From: Octopus bimaculoides
Lineage: Eukaryota
Assembly: GCF_001194135.2 (NCBI RefSeq)
Contig: NC_068995.1
Span: 13,112,657 to 13,176,656 of the forward strand
Direction: 5' to 3'
DNA length: 64,000 bases
Shown: positions 11,309-22,597 of the stretch, one piece after another
Layout of the letters: every line of letters begins with the position of its first letter
Numbering within the stretch: the stretch's first letter is position 1
Notes under the pieces: model-generated
The model's input: the letters and a program-made list of their open reading frames with translations, nothing else
Databases searched by the model: none
What the model was told of the DNA's origin: nothing
Program-made: the position numbers and the translations under genes

Positions 11309-13494
11309 ATATATATCGGGGGCCCATTCTTGTTTTATGCTTAAACCAGCCAGATCCAACCTATCACACAACATCATTTTAAAGATAAACTGCAGCATCA
11401 AAATTTCAAAGCTACACGATAAGATACGATGAATTCAAAACAATGTGAATAAGCATTTCATTTAAGAGAGTAAACTTAATATTAAAGGGTTAAATAGGTT
11501 AGATTCTCTTATAATTATGTTAGACACTACTACACACCTCAAGGAAATGATGCCATTTGATACCATCATGAACAATGTGCAAAAATAATCCATTTACTAG
11601 AGCTAAAAGTCTCTGATAATCACCACTGTAAGCCCCTCAAGCACACATTGGATGGAAATATCTGACAATCATCAACAAAGGACTTTCAATTTGAAACTAT
11701 TGCACAGCAAATAGATCAGATAGTTATGTACATCTACTATTGACATGATCACCATCTAAGATATAATGTGTTCTCTTAATCATTAATATACTAATCACAT
11801 TCAAAATAAAGCTATTCATCAGTTAGGTGCTCCCATACTTGCAAACACTAGTCAACCATTAGCCTATTACTGAAATGTATCATTTCATTCACCTGTCTTA
11901 CCATAACTACAATGGCTCTTGGTCCATTAAATTCATTATCTCTATGTAAATCTCATCTAAACCTACCTGATGCATTCATCTCTCTCTCACATTTATTTTA
12001 CATTAATTCAATTCTCAAAGCCAGAACTTCTTCCCAATTTTTATATCTTAGAATTTCACTATTGGAACTTTTTTTTTCTGTTTACCTCTGCCTTTTCTCC
12101 AATAATAAATTTTAAAACTGAAAAAAAAAAAGTATTCCGTATTTCATACACCTTACAATACTATTTTGATTTTGCTCTCACCTAATTTAGTATAAGATTA
12201 ATCTACAAGACATATATATCTAAATGAAAATTCTAACATGATGAACAATATAATTAACATTTATATATTTTAATATCTAATGATAAAAAAAAACAAGGTT
12301 AGTTACAAAATGTTATAAATTATTTTTCTTTAGGATGGAATAACTTTCTAAAACCTAAACAAGTTTCGCCCCATCTTCAATGAAATTTGACACAAAAACT
12401 CAAAACAAAAAACACAATCAGGCCAAAAAGAGCCTCTATACGGTTATTTGAACAGCTAGAAATAACAGCCAAATCTAAACCCAAAGGACATTGGATAGTA
12501 TAGTCCTACATATGCTACAGTCAAAAAAAGATAGGATGGTTATGGCTGAAACATTGGATCATCAACCTTTTCAATCAGAGCTGACCAAAGACTAAACAAC
12601 AGCCAATAGCATCCAGTGTTACAAGAGTTCAGGTCATGTCTCTGAGTCTGATAATAATTTCTTTATACTAGTTTCAGAGACCCTGAAAAGGAGTGAAGGA
12701 TATTTCACCTCTGAATAAGCCATTAAAATATTTCTTTTTAAGCCAAAGAATCTTGATAACAACCAAAAATTAAAAAAAAACAACTAAGTAACAATGAAAT
12801 AACTGTTCACCAAATATATTGGTATGACTTAATCCTTTAACATCCACTTTTCTCTGCTTGCATGGGTCAGACAGAATTTGTTGAGGCAGATTTTCTACAG
12901 CATGATGCCTTTTTTGTCACCAACCCTCACTTGTTCCCAGGCAAAGCAATATTTTTCCATGACCAGACATGTTTTTCATGTAAGACTAAAAGTGAACAAC
13001 ACTTGTATAACAATGGTGATGCTCATTTACAAACATTACATGATGCCAACACAAGGGAATATATATATATATATATATATATATANNNNNNNNNNNNNNN
13101 NNNNNNNNNNNNNNNNNNNNNNNNNNNNNNNNNNNNNNNNNNNNNNNNNNNNNNNNNNNNNNNNNNNNNNNNNNNNNNNNNNNNNNNNNNNNNNNNNNNN
13201 NNNNNNNNNNNNNNNNNNNNNNNNNNNNNNNNNNNNNNNNNNNNNNNNNNNNNNNNNNNNNNNNNNNNNNNNNNNNNNNNNNNNNNNNNNNNNNNNNNNN
13301 NNNNNNNNNNNNNNNNNNNNNNNNNNNNNNNNNNNNNNNNNNNNNNNNNNNNNNNTGGTTGGTATTTTCCCCCACCCATTCTGGAAGCTGTTACATGCAC
13401 ACCATCTTTTGGTGCTGCACTTTCTCCACCAACTGAGTGAGTCAAAAACAAAAAGGAAACTGAAACAAAAAAAAAAAAGATGAAGGGAACATAC

Positions 13495-13583
13495 CTTATC
13501 AAGCAGGTACAAAGGAGCAGTAGCTGCTCCAACAAGGGAAGTTGTTAAAAAGTCCCGCCAATTTCCAATCTTGTTTTTGAGTT
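13495..13583 (-). CDS. SFMBT1: Coding exon 4 (89 nt, phase 1 to 0): (E)LKNKIGNWRDFLTTSLVGAATAPLYLLDK
   Basis: Acceptor TTTTATCAG| at 13583, donor AAG|GTATGT at 13495; W..FL...L.GA.TAP..LL motif; absent from the ORF track but required by the phase. Confidence 0.92.
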
Positions 13584-14296
13584 CTGATAAAATAGAAAAT
13601 TATTAGAGTGGTGTTAGCTGATAATAAAAAGGGCAACAAATTTCATTACACAATAACTGGGGAGAGAGAGAGAGAGGTACAAGAAAGAGGCCAGAAACAA
13701 GTGTGCTGATATGTAGGTGATACTTAGTTACCTAATCAGAGGAAAAATAAGAGGAGGAGAGAGAGTAACCAAAGGGAAATAGAGAGAGAGTAACAAACAG
13801 CAAAAAGTGTCAGAGAGAGCAGAAGAGAGATGGTGTAGTGTTAAGGTATACTCAGTGCATCTCTTACATCTTTAAAAGGGTTCCCATTAGATGAAAAACT
13901 GCAGCTACAAGCATTTAACTAACACACACACACATTATGCGATACAGGTAATATTTAATTTAGCTAAGATTTAAATGTTTGACTACCAGAGTTAAAACAT
14001 AGATACTAAGCAGGGACCTCTTCAGACACATCGTCATCATTTCATGTCCACTTTTCCATGTTTAGAAGGCTCGGACAGAATTTGTTGAGGCAGATCTTCT
14101 GTGGCTGGATGTCTTTCCTGTTGCCAACACTCAATTCTTTCCAAGCAAAGTAATATTTCCCACAGAAGACTAGTAACATACAACATTGCTAGTACAAAGA
14201 TGCTCCTTTAGAACCATCAAGTGATGTCTAGACAAGGCTACACATGCACTTACATATATACATGCATACACACATGACAGGCTTCTCTCAGTTTCC

Positions 14297-14528
14297 TTAT
14301 TTCTTTATTGCTCACAAGGGGTTAAACATAGAGGAGACAAACAAGGACAGACAAAGGGATTAAGTCGATTACATCGACCCCCAGTGCGTAACTGGTACTT
14401 AATTTATCGACCCCGAAAGGATGAAAGGCAAAGTCAACTTCGGCGGAATTTGAACTCAGAACATAGCGGCAGACGAAATACCACTACGCATTTCGCCCAG
14501 CGTGCTAACATTTCTGCCAGCTCACCGC
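14297..14528 (-). mobile_element. SINE-D (tRNA-like head; central GCCTTTCATCCTTTCGGGGTCGATAAATTAAGTACCAG), nested in SINE-B
   Basis: 15-bp TSD cttctctcagtttcc / cttctttcagtttct. The central domain resembles Deu/Nin-type SINE domains from memory (needs checking). Confidence 0.85.
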
Positions 14529-15062
14529 CTTCTTTCAGTTTCTATCTACCAGATCCACTGACAAGGATTTGGTCAGCCCAGGGTTATAATAGAAGACACT
14601 TGCCCATGGTTCCATGCTGTGGAAACTGAAGCCAAAACATCAGGGTTGGGGCACCACTAGTTCCCTTCAAGCCTGTTTTTTATTAAATCAAAAGCTCTTT
14701 ATGCACAGCAGTTTTTCCAAGTCTAAACCTAACTTTGTAGCTATTATGAATCAAAAATTTTGCAACTGGGAGGGTTACAGAAAGACAAAAAATATATACA
14801 CATGTAATGGAAAAATGGAAAGCTGCCAGCAAGTTCAGGAAGATGTTTTATACCAACATATAAATCAAACCAGTCCTAACTGGCCAAGCACCATTATGAA
14901 GTCAACAAAATGAATATTCATTTATTTGACGTGGAAAGCATGACATGAATCCATTAATGTAAAAAAACAATTTTTTCAAATGTCTGTGGAATCTGGTTTT
15001 AAAAATGCATAACAATAATTACACTTAATGGCAGCGTGTTAATGTAAGAGATCAATATTTAC

Positions 15063-15303
15063 CATCAGGAGGCATTAGTGTTTTATTATTTTGGGCACAC
15101 CAGCCAATACTGTGTATTTCTGAGGCAGTAAGATCATGCCAAAAATCGGCTGATCCATCGTCACCATAACCATCATAACGAAGACGGAGAAGAGGGCCAC
15201 AAGTCATGATAACCGAAGCCACCCAATATGTGTCAGGAGTGGACTTCACTGCAACTTCTAACTTCATCCCTTTCACAAAACCACTCTGTAAGCTGCACTC
15301 AAC
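15063..15303 (-). CDS. SFMBT1: Coding exon 3 (241 nt, phase 0 to 1): [30 protein letters not shown]...[11 protein letters not shown]1 core
   Basis: Acceptor AATTTCAG| at 15303, donor ATG|GTAAAT at 15063; GMKLEV, YWVA, LRYDGY, DFW, IGWC motifs; overlaps ORF 15052..15276. Confidence 0.96.
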
Positions 15304-15354
15304 CTGAAATTAAATAAAATAAAGTTAAAGTGGAAAATTTATATATAAAATATA

Positions 15355-15398
<44 letters not shown>

Positions 15399-15778
15399 NN
15401 NNNNNNNNNNNNNNNNNNNNNNNNNNNNNNNNNNNNNNNNNNNNNNNNNNNNNNNNNNNNNNNNNNNNNNNNNNNNNNNNNNNNNNNNNNNNNNNNNNNN
15501 NNNNNNNNNNNNNNNNNNNNNNNNNNNNNNNNNNNNNNNNNNNNNNNNNNNNNNNNNNNNNNNNNNNNNNNNNNNNNNNNNNNNNNNNNNNNNNNNNNNN
15601 NNNNNNNNNNNNNNNNNNNNNNNNNNNNNNNNNNNNNNNNNNNNNNNNNNNNNNNNNNNNNNNNNNNNNNNNNNNNNNNNNNNNNNNNNNNNNNNNNNNN
15701 NNNNNNNNNNNNNNNNNNNNNNNNNNNNNNNNNNNNNNNNNNNNNNNNNNNNNNNNNNNNNNNNNNNNNNNNNNNNNN

Positions 15779-15830
<52 letters not shown>

Positions 15831-17252
15831 GCATATATAAAATCAACAACGGTAGGAAATTAACACAAGCGTTGAAGTTGTTTAGGGCTGTACTCGTTAG
15901 AAAACAAACATCAGCTGATAAAAGTAGTTCAGTTCTTAATAATGATAATCCTTTCTGCTATAAGTACAAGGCCTCAAATTTTAGGGGAAGCTGATTACAT
16001 AGACCCCAGTACTTTGCTGATACCCATCTTATCGAACCTGAAAGGACGAAATGCTAAGATGACCTCGGCAGAATTTGAACTCAGAACGTTAAGACGGACT
16101 AAACATTTTTACCCATGTGCTAACTATTCTGCTAGTTCACTGCCTCAATAATAATGATAATAATAATAATAATTGATAATAATTATGATAATGAGTTCAT
16201 TGTACCATGCTCGGACACACAACTTGTTGGAAAAGGGTAAAAGAGGGGACAAAAAGGCAGTAACAAGTCAAGTAAAGCAGGGCAGCAACACCAGCTCAAA
16301 GGGCACATGTAATACACAAGAGAAAACATGAAAAGACTAGAAATGTGAACAGTAAAAGAACCATAAAGAGGAAAGGTTGTGGGGGGGGAGCATTTCAAGT
16401 GGAATGGTATTAAAAGGAGTTTGTTTTTTTTTTGTTGTTTTTTTTTTTGTTGCTGTCATTGCTTAACATAAAACAATTATTTTTATTTCCAAAGTATCAG
16501 ATATAAAAATCTGAAGTATATTATTAATAGTTTTTCAATGAGATACGTCTGTCTTGAAGATTAACAATATAATACTTATTTTTGGTGAGAAAGTGCGCAT
16601 GGAAATCAAAGTTTATAACATGAAATACCAGGCAAGTTCTGGAGTCGATGTAATCTACTTGCACGATACTTGTCTCAAAATTTTTGACCTTGCAACAACA
16701 ACAATAATTATTATTATTATTATTATTATACTAAGGCAGCGAGCCGGGCGAACTGCTAAGTGGCATTTCGTCCATCGCTACATTCTACGTACAAATTCCA
16801 TCATGGTCGACTTCACCTTTCACCCTTGTGTGGTCAACAAATAAGTACTGGAGGGGGGGGGGGGGCATAACTGACTTGAACCCTTCCCTAACATCGCTGG
16901 CCTTGTGTCAAATTTTGAAATTATTATTATAATTATTATTATTATTAAGGTAGCATGCTGGCAGAATCATTAAGGCTTAGCAGCATTTCATCCATCTTTA
17001 CGTTCTGAGTTCAAATTCCACTATAGTCAACTTTGCTTTTCATCCTTTTGGGGGTCGTTAAAATAAGTACCAGTTGAGCACTGGGGTTGGTGTAATCAAC
17101 TTAACCCCCTGCCCCAAAAATTTCAGGCCTTATTATTATAAAGCTGTTTATTTCAAGGGTTCAAGTGTAATCAAGATCTTTGCAGCATAATTTTATATAA
17201 GACCCTTTTGCGATGTTCCAAATACCAATTTCATTATGACATAGCTATTTTA

Positions 17253-17660
17253 CTAAAGTTTTATCAAAATTCTTGACAGCATTCAAAATTACTTGAAACA
17301 CTGTGTGCTTTACTAGAAATCCAGTCATGAAAGGGCTTAGACAAGTTATAGGTTTGTGTGTGACTGTGAGTAAATGAGTGTAGATATAAAAGGCTGGGCA
17401 AGTTAGTTGAACTTCTCATATAAGACTGTTGTTCTCACTGCAGTCATCCAATCTTTCGACTGTGGAGCATATTATTCCTCAGATTTAAAAGTTTAAAATG
17501 GGGCAGCATTTATAAGACAAATAATATATGGGGGGCAGCATATATTATATCATATTATAGTGACTGTATATAAATTTCCTTACAAACTAAAGCTCCTAAT
17601 AGTCATACTGTTAAATAGGGTGTTGATGGAAATTTAACAGATTCAGTTGGCAAACTAATT
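17253..17660. repeat. Intronic duplicated segment, copy 2 (empty TTAA site)
   Basis: ttttatcaaaattcttgac...gattcagttgg shared with 10701-11308. Confidence 0.9.
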
Positions 17661-17936
17661 ATATAGACTTTTACTTTCCACAGCTTAATAAAGGACATGG
17701 TGGTTTATACAGGAGTCAAGAAGCTCGTTAAATCATATGAGCCAATGTAATCATTTTGCAGTAATTAGATATTAACAGCTGTTAGAGACTCAGATTTTTT
17801 AAGGATAACCCGATCCTTATACTGCTCATAATCTTTACTGTATCAACAAAATCCAAGCACTCTCTTAGAGTTTAAAAAATATTCCATGAATCACATTCAA
17901 AAAGGAGTGCATTTCGCATACTTAAGAATTTGAGGT

Positions 17937-18129
17937 TCCAGAGGTGGCACGTAAAAAGCACCCACTACACTCTTGGAGTGGTTGGCATTAGGAAGGGCAT
18001 CCAGCTGTAGAAGCTCTGTTAGATCATACTGGAGTCTGGTGTAGCCATCTGGTTCGCAAGTCCCCAGTCAAATCGTCCAACCCATGCTAGGCATGGAAAG
18101 TGGACGTTAAATGATGATGATGATGATGA
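17937..18129 (+). mobile_element. Family A copy, short 3' end
   Basis: gtggcacgtaaaaagcacc...ggacgttaaatgatgatgatg. Confidence 0.85.
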
Positions 18130-18173
18130 GAAATGACTAAATCTTCTGATTTCCATATATTTATGTACCAGTA

Positions 18174-18420
18174 TCAGTTCCTTCTGTGTTCTTGAGCACA
18201 ATAGGGTGCAAGCTAATGCCACTGACTTCAGCTGGCTGTAGTTTTTCTCTGCATCCACCCATGTAGTATTGGTCTCTCTTATGTCACTTATGAATGTTCT
18301 GCACCATGTAATTTTCAGCCTTCCTCTTTCTTTTTTCCTCCAGTTGTGTCCATTTGAAAGCTGTCTTTAGAATGGTGTTGTTCTGGTACATAGAGTATGT
18401 GACCTGCAGCTTTTAATTTT
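18174..18420 (-). mobile_element. RTE-clade LINE ORF 3'-end remnant
   Basis: Frameshifted translation KLKAAGHIL..PEQ.HSK/TAFKWT...KRKR/ITWCRTFISDIRE...TWVDAEK/..CAQEHRRN* follows the RTE C-terminal pattern (RL.W.GH..R...KRKRGRP..TW.RT...D). Confidence 0.65.
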
Positions 18421-18704
18421 CATTCTGTGATGGATTTCACTAAGTGGTCTTGTGTTGGCAGGTTTCCACAATTAGGTCTACCAAACTTCACTCATGAGGC
18501 CTTAACACCAGAGCATGGTCGAAAGAAGATGTCCAAGATTCCACTCAATGGAATCTAACTTGGAGTCACCAGTCATTGCAAGACAAGCTTCTTATTTACC
18601 TTAGAGCCATGCCACCACAATTTTATATTGATACATTAAATAGAGTACACAATGATAACAAAATATTTCTACAATAGCTTTGTTGTCAGACAGATTCTAC
18701 TCAC

Positions 18705-18802
18705 ATGTTTGAATGCTGTTGGTGGCACTTCTAGAGCCCCAGTCTCCTGAAGATATTCCTCCCACACAAAGTCTGGTTCCTCGTAAGTCTCTAGTAGACC
18801 AT
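18705..18802 (-). CDS. SFMBT1: Coding exon 2 (98 nt, phase 1 to 0): (D)GLLETYEEPDFVWEEYLQETGALEVPPTAFKH, arm of MBT1
   Basis: Acceptor ATCTCCAG| at 18802, donor CAT|GTGAGT at 18705; F.WEEYL.ETG...P..FKH motif. Confidence 0.93.
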
Positions 18803-20448
18803 CTGGAGATATTAAAAAAAAAAAAAATCATTACAAAAATTAGTCAGACAAATAGATTACAATGAAATCTATATAAAATTATGGGTGAATTTCAAATGTA
18901 TAAAATAAACTGCAATAGTTTATGTTGTTATTTAGGACCACCACCACTGATCGGACCTGATCAAATAGCCCTTGTGGTCAAAGGTGCCTTTTCTCAAGGA
19001 CATAAGTGCACCAGGAATATATTATACAATGTGTCTTTTGCTAAGTAAGGTGTAAACAGAAGGAGATTTGGCTGCTATTTCTAGCAGGTTAAGCAACTAA
19101 GTAAAGATCTTTTGTTAGCTCAATAAAACACCTGCAATATACTGACGTCGAATGATTTAACTATACATCCTTATTACCTATCTTACAAAAATTATGGTGG
19201 CATTGTATCTAATAGCTGAACTGAAAATAATCCCCATCACAATCAACTCTTCTCTGCATACAGGACTTCCCACTTTCATGATTGCCTTAGTTCTCCCAAA
19301 TGTTGGAAATAAGCACCAGATCTTTTGGGAATTCCTGGACTGGGCTGCGTGTTGTGTTCTTGAGCAAGACACTTTATTTCACATTGCTTCCATTCACTCA
19401 GCTGCAGAAATGAGGTGCGATATCACTGGTGGAAGGTGCATTAAGCCTTTACTTTTTCCTTGGAAAACATTTGTGGCGTGGAGAGGGGAAGCTGGTATGC
19501 ATGGGTGACTGCTGGTCGTCCATAAACAACTTTACCTGGACTTGTGTCTTGGAAGGGAACTTTCTAGTGCAATCCCATGGTCATTCACGACTAAAGGGGG
19601 TTTTTATCCTTTTCAAACCAATATTCTATCAAAGAGAAGATAATTCTAGCAACTAACTAACCCTTTTGATACAAACCTGCTTGAAAACACTCCTTGTTTT
19701 ATGATACAAAATTTCTTCTTTTAAAGGGGTCCTAGTTAAAACTGCCCATCAAAATTTCATGTATATTTATGTTCCAAACACCAACTTAATGAAGAAAAGT
19801 TATTTTACTAAATTTTTTTTATTATNNNNNNNNNNNNNNNNNNNNNNNNNNNNNNNNNNNNNNNNNNNNNNNNNNNNNNNNNNNNNNNNNNNNNNNNNNN
19901 NNNNNNNNNNNNNNNNNNNNNNNNNNNNNNNNNNNNNNNNNNNNNNNNNNNNNNNNNNNNNNNNNNNNNNNNNNNNNNNNNNNNNNNNNNNNNNNNNNNN
20001 NNNNNNNNNNNNNNNNNNNNNNNNNNNNNNNNNNNNNNNNNNNNNNNNNNNNNNNNNNNNNNNNNNNNNNNNNNNNNNNNNNNNNNNNNNNNNNNNNNNN
20101 NNNNNNNNNNNNNNNNNNNNNNNNNNNNNNNNNNNNNNNNNNNNNNNNNNNNNNNNNNNNNNNNNNNNNNNNNNNNNNNNNNNNNNNNNNNNNNNNNNNN
20201 NNNNNNNNNNNNNNNNNNNNNNNNNNNNNNNNNNNNNNNNNNNNNNNNNNNNNNNNNNNNNNNNNNNNNNNNNNNNNNNNNNNNNNNNNNNNNNNNNNNN
20301 NNNNNNNNNNNNNNNNNNNNNNNNNNNNNNNNNNNNNNNNNNNNNNNNNNNNNNNNNNNNNNNNNNNNNNNNNNNNNNNNNNNNNNNNNNNNNNNNNNNN
20401 NNNNNNNNNNNNNNNNNNNNNNNNNNNNNNNNNNNNNNNNNNNNNNNT

Positions 20449-20498
20449 GATCAAAATCTTGTGAGTGGATTTGATAGACAGAAACTGAAAGAAGCCAG

Positions 20499-20543
<45 letters not shown>

Positions 20544-20765
20544 ATGTGTGCATATGTTTGTGTGTCTGTGTCTGTCCCCCCACCATCACTTCACAACCGA
20601 TGTTGGTGTGCTTACATCCCCATTACTTAGCAGTTCAGCAAAAGAGACCAATAGAATAAGTACTAGGCTTAAAAAAAGTAAGTCCTGGGGTCGATTTGTT
20701 CGACTAAAGGCGGTGCTCCAGCATGGCTGCAGTCAAGATGACAAACAAATAAAAGAATAAAAAGG
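20449..20765 (+). mobile_element. SINE-B 3' part ending about 40 bp from the donor of coding exon 1
   Basis: gtgagtggatttgatagacagaaactgaaagaagcc ... gcagtcaagatgacaaacaaataaaagaataaaaagg. Confidence 0.8.
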
Positions 20766-20803
20766 TAAAAGAATGTCGAAGAAACGGTAAAAGGGATTGT
20801 TAC

Positions 20804-21581
20804 CTTCTGTATCTTCACACATGTCCAGGTTACAGTGAGGATCAGGAATTTCTTCAGAGCCACTCGGAGAGACTGGTACTTCACTGGGATTCTGACTACT
20901 TATCTCTTCGGTATAATCCTCCTCATCTTCCTCTTCCTCCTCTTCTTCGTCCTCCTCCTCTTCTTCCTCTTCAACATTCTCGGAGACCGGAGACTCAGAC
21001 GACACGAACTGGTCATACTTCTCGGTCAGTATAACCGAGTCGACGGACTTGTTGTCAGTGTCGGGGCAAATCTCACAGGAAGCGTCCGAGTCAAGGTCGA
21101 CGGACACTTCGTCTTTCCCTTCCTCACATACAGAACTTCCCACTTCCGTTTCTTCTTGGTTCTGTTCGTAGTTCTGCTCTTTGGAATTTGTAATCACCAA
21201 CTCCTCATTGGGGTCCTCCTCCTCAAGCAGCACTGGTTCATCAGCAGCCTCTACATTTGTAGTCGACACGGGCTCTATCGCGTTGACAGCTGGGAATGTA
21301 TTGGTCAGACTAGCAGTAGGAATGCTCTGTAGACACTGGAAATTAGGCTGCAAAACTACAGTGGGCGGAGTACTCACAAACAGTTGGTTATTAGTAAATA
21401 CCGGTTGTGAGAAGCCTGGAAAGTTAGCAGGTAAGTAGACTGGAGACAACACCTGAGTAGTGGTAAATGCCCCAAGAGTGGTAACAGGAGTGCAATGCAT
21501 ATTGGCAGGAATGCCAGCAGGGAATGTTGGTTTCATTTGTGTGGTGTGATTAATCAGAGCAGCACTAAATTGTTCCTTCAT
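20804..21581 (-). CDS. SFMBT1: Coding exon 1 (778 nt, 259 aa plus 1 nt): P/T/V/N-rich then very acidic N-terminal extension, MKEQFSAAL...MCEDTE
   Basis: ATG at 21581 is preceded by an in-frame TAA (21587-21585). Donor AAG|GTAACA at 20804 (phase 1) joins exon 18802 in frame. Longest real ORF in the window (20733..21581). Confidence 0.82.
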
Positions 21582-21685
21582 TCTTTAGTCAGAACAGTAG
21601 AAATGTTCAACTGGTATATGACTGACTTCACTAACTGCTTGTACGTGATATCCAACACCCAAGATTTTTCTATCACTGGAATCAT
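21582..21685 (-). other. 5'UTR part of the first coding exon, carrying a 35-aa upstream ORF (21685-21578)
   Basis: Strong acceptor TTTTTCTCCTTTTATTTTTTTTTTACAG| at 21685; the main frame is closed by TAA just before the ATG. Confidence 0.75.
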
Positions 21686-22376
21686 CTGTAAAAAAAAATA
21701 AAAGGAGAAAAAGGTAAATATTTAACAAACACCAAATACATTTTTGCTTTCATTCATATATTTATAATTGGTTATCATGTATAACTCTTTGACAGACTTG
21801 TTAAATACTTGTTAAATTTGGCTACATTTAAGACCTAGCTATCAGCTCACACTAGCCATAACTGGTTTTCATCATCACTATCATCATTAAACGTTTTCCA
21901 TGCTGACATAGGTTGGACATTTGACAGGTACTGATGAGCCAAAGACTGCAAAGTTCCAATGTCTTTGTTGGCATGGTGGTTTCTATGGCTGGATGTCCTT
22001 CCTAACACCAACCACTTCACAGAGTGCATTAGGTGCTTTTTACAGGGCACCAACACTAGCTGAGGTCACCCAGAAGTAACCCAGAAGACAAGCCCCGCCA
22101 ACTGAGGGGGTGCAGCACTGAGGGAGGTGGCATTGTACCAAGAGATGAGAGATTATAAAGTCTGATAATAACATCTAATCTCACAGAGTTACAAGTCACA
22201 CTTTCATCATTTCTGTATAAAACCAAATATATTTAATTTCATGACTGTTATGAATAACTATCAAATGTGCTAGAGGGGGCAGAGATAAAATGAGTGACAA
22301 ATTTTATACCAAAATATTTCAGGCAGGGAGACTCAATATGTTATCACAATGAAACTTTGAATAAACAATTTATTAA

Positions 22377-22597
22377 CCCTTTCATTACCAACCCGGCTGA
22401 AACCGGCTCTGGCTGCGTAGTACAACTGTCTTGTTTTCATAAGTTTTGAATTAAAATCTACCACCAAACCTTAGTCACAATTTATGTTCCTAACACAAGC
22501 TTAATGATAACTAAGTCATTTTACTAAATTCCTTGTTATATTTAAAATAATTGAAAGAAACAGAGAGCTTCTCAAAATAAATACAGTAACAAAAGGG
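22377..22597. mobile_element. piggyBac-like (TTAA) MITE, family 1, opposite orientation to 10943-11164
   Basis: TTAA|CCCTTTCATTACC ... CAGTAACAAAAGGG|TTAA; the interior is the reverse complement of the 10943 copy. Confidence 0.88.

Noticed and set aside
10701-17660. Idea that the intronic duplication marks a recent duplication of MBT exons
   Set aside because: The two 241-nt exons are highly diverged and correspond to separate repeats also present in vertebrate SFMBT, so they are far older than the similar intron segments.
20835-21332. 165-aa and 85-aa plus-strand ORFs opposite the acidic exon
   Set aside because: Antisense shadows of a low-complexity coding exon.
21585-21587. In-frame TAA upstream of the start that might be recoded by A-to-I editing (UAA to UGG) to extend the protein
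   Set aside because: It would need double editing and a phase-1 upstream coding exon; neither candidate upstream exon supplies an open phase-1 frame.
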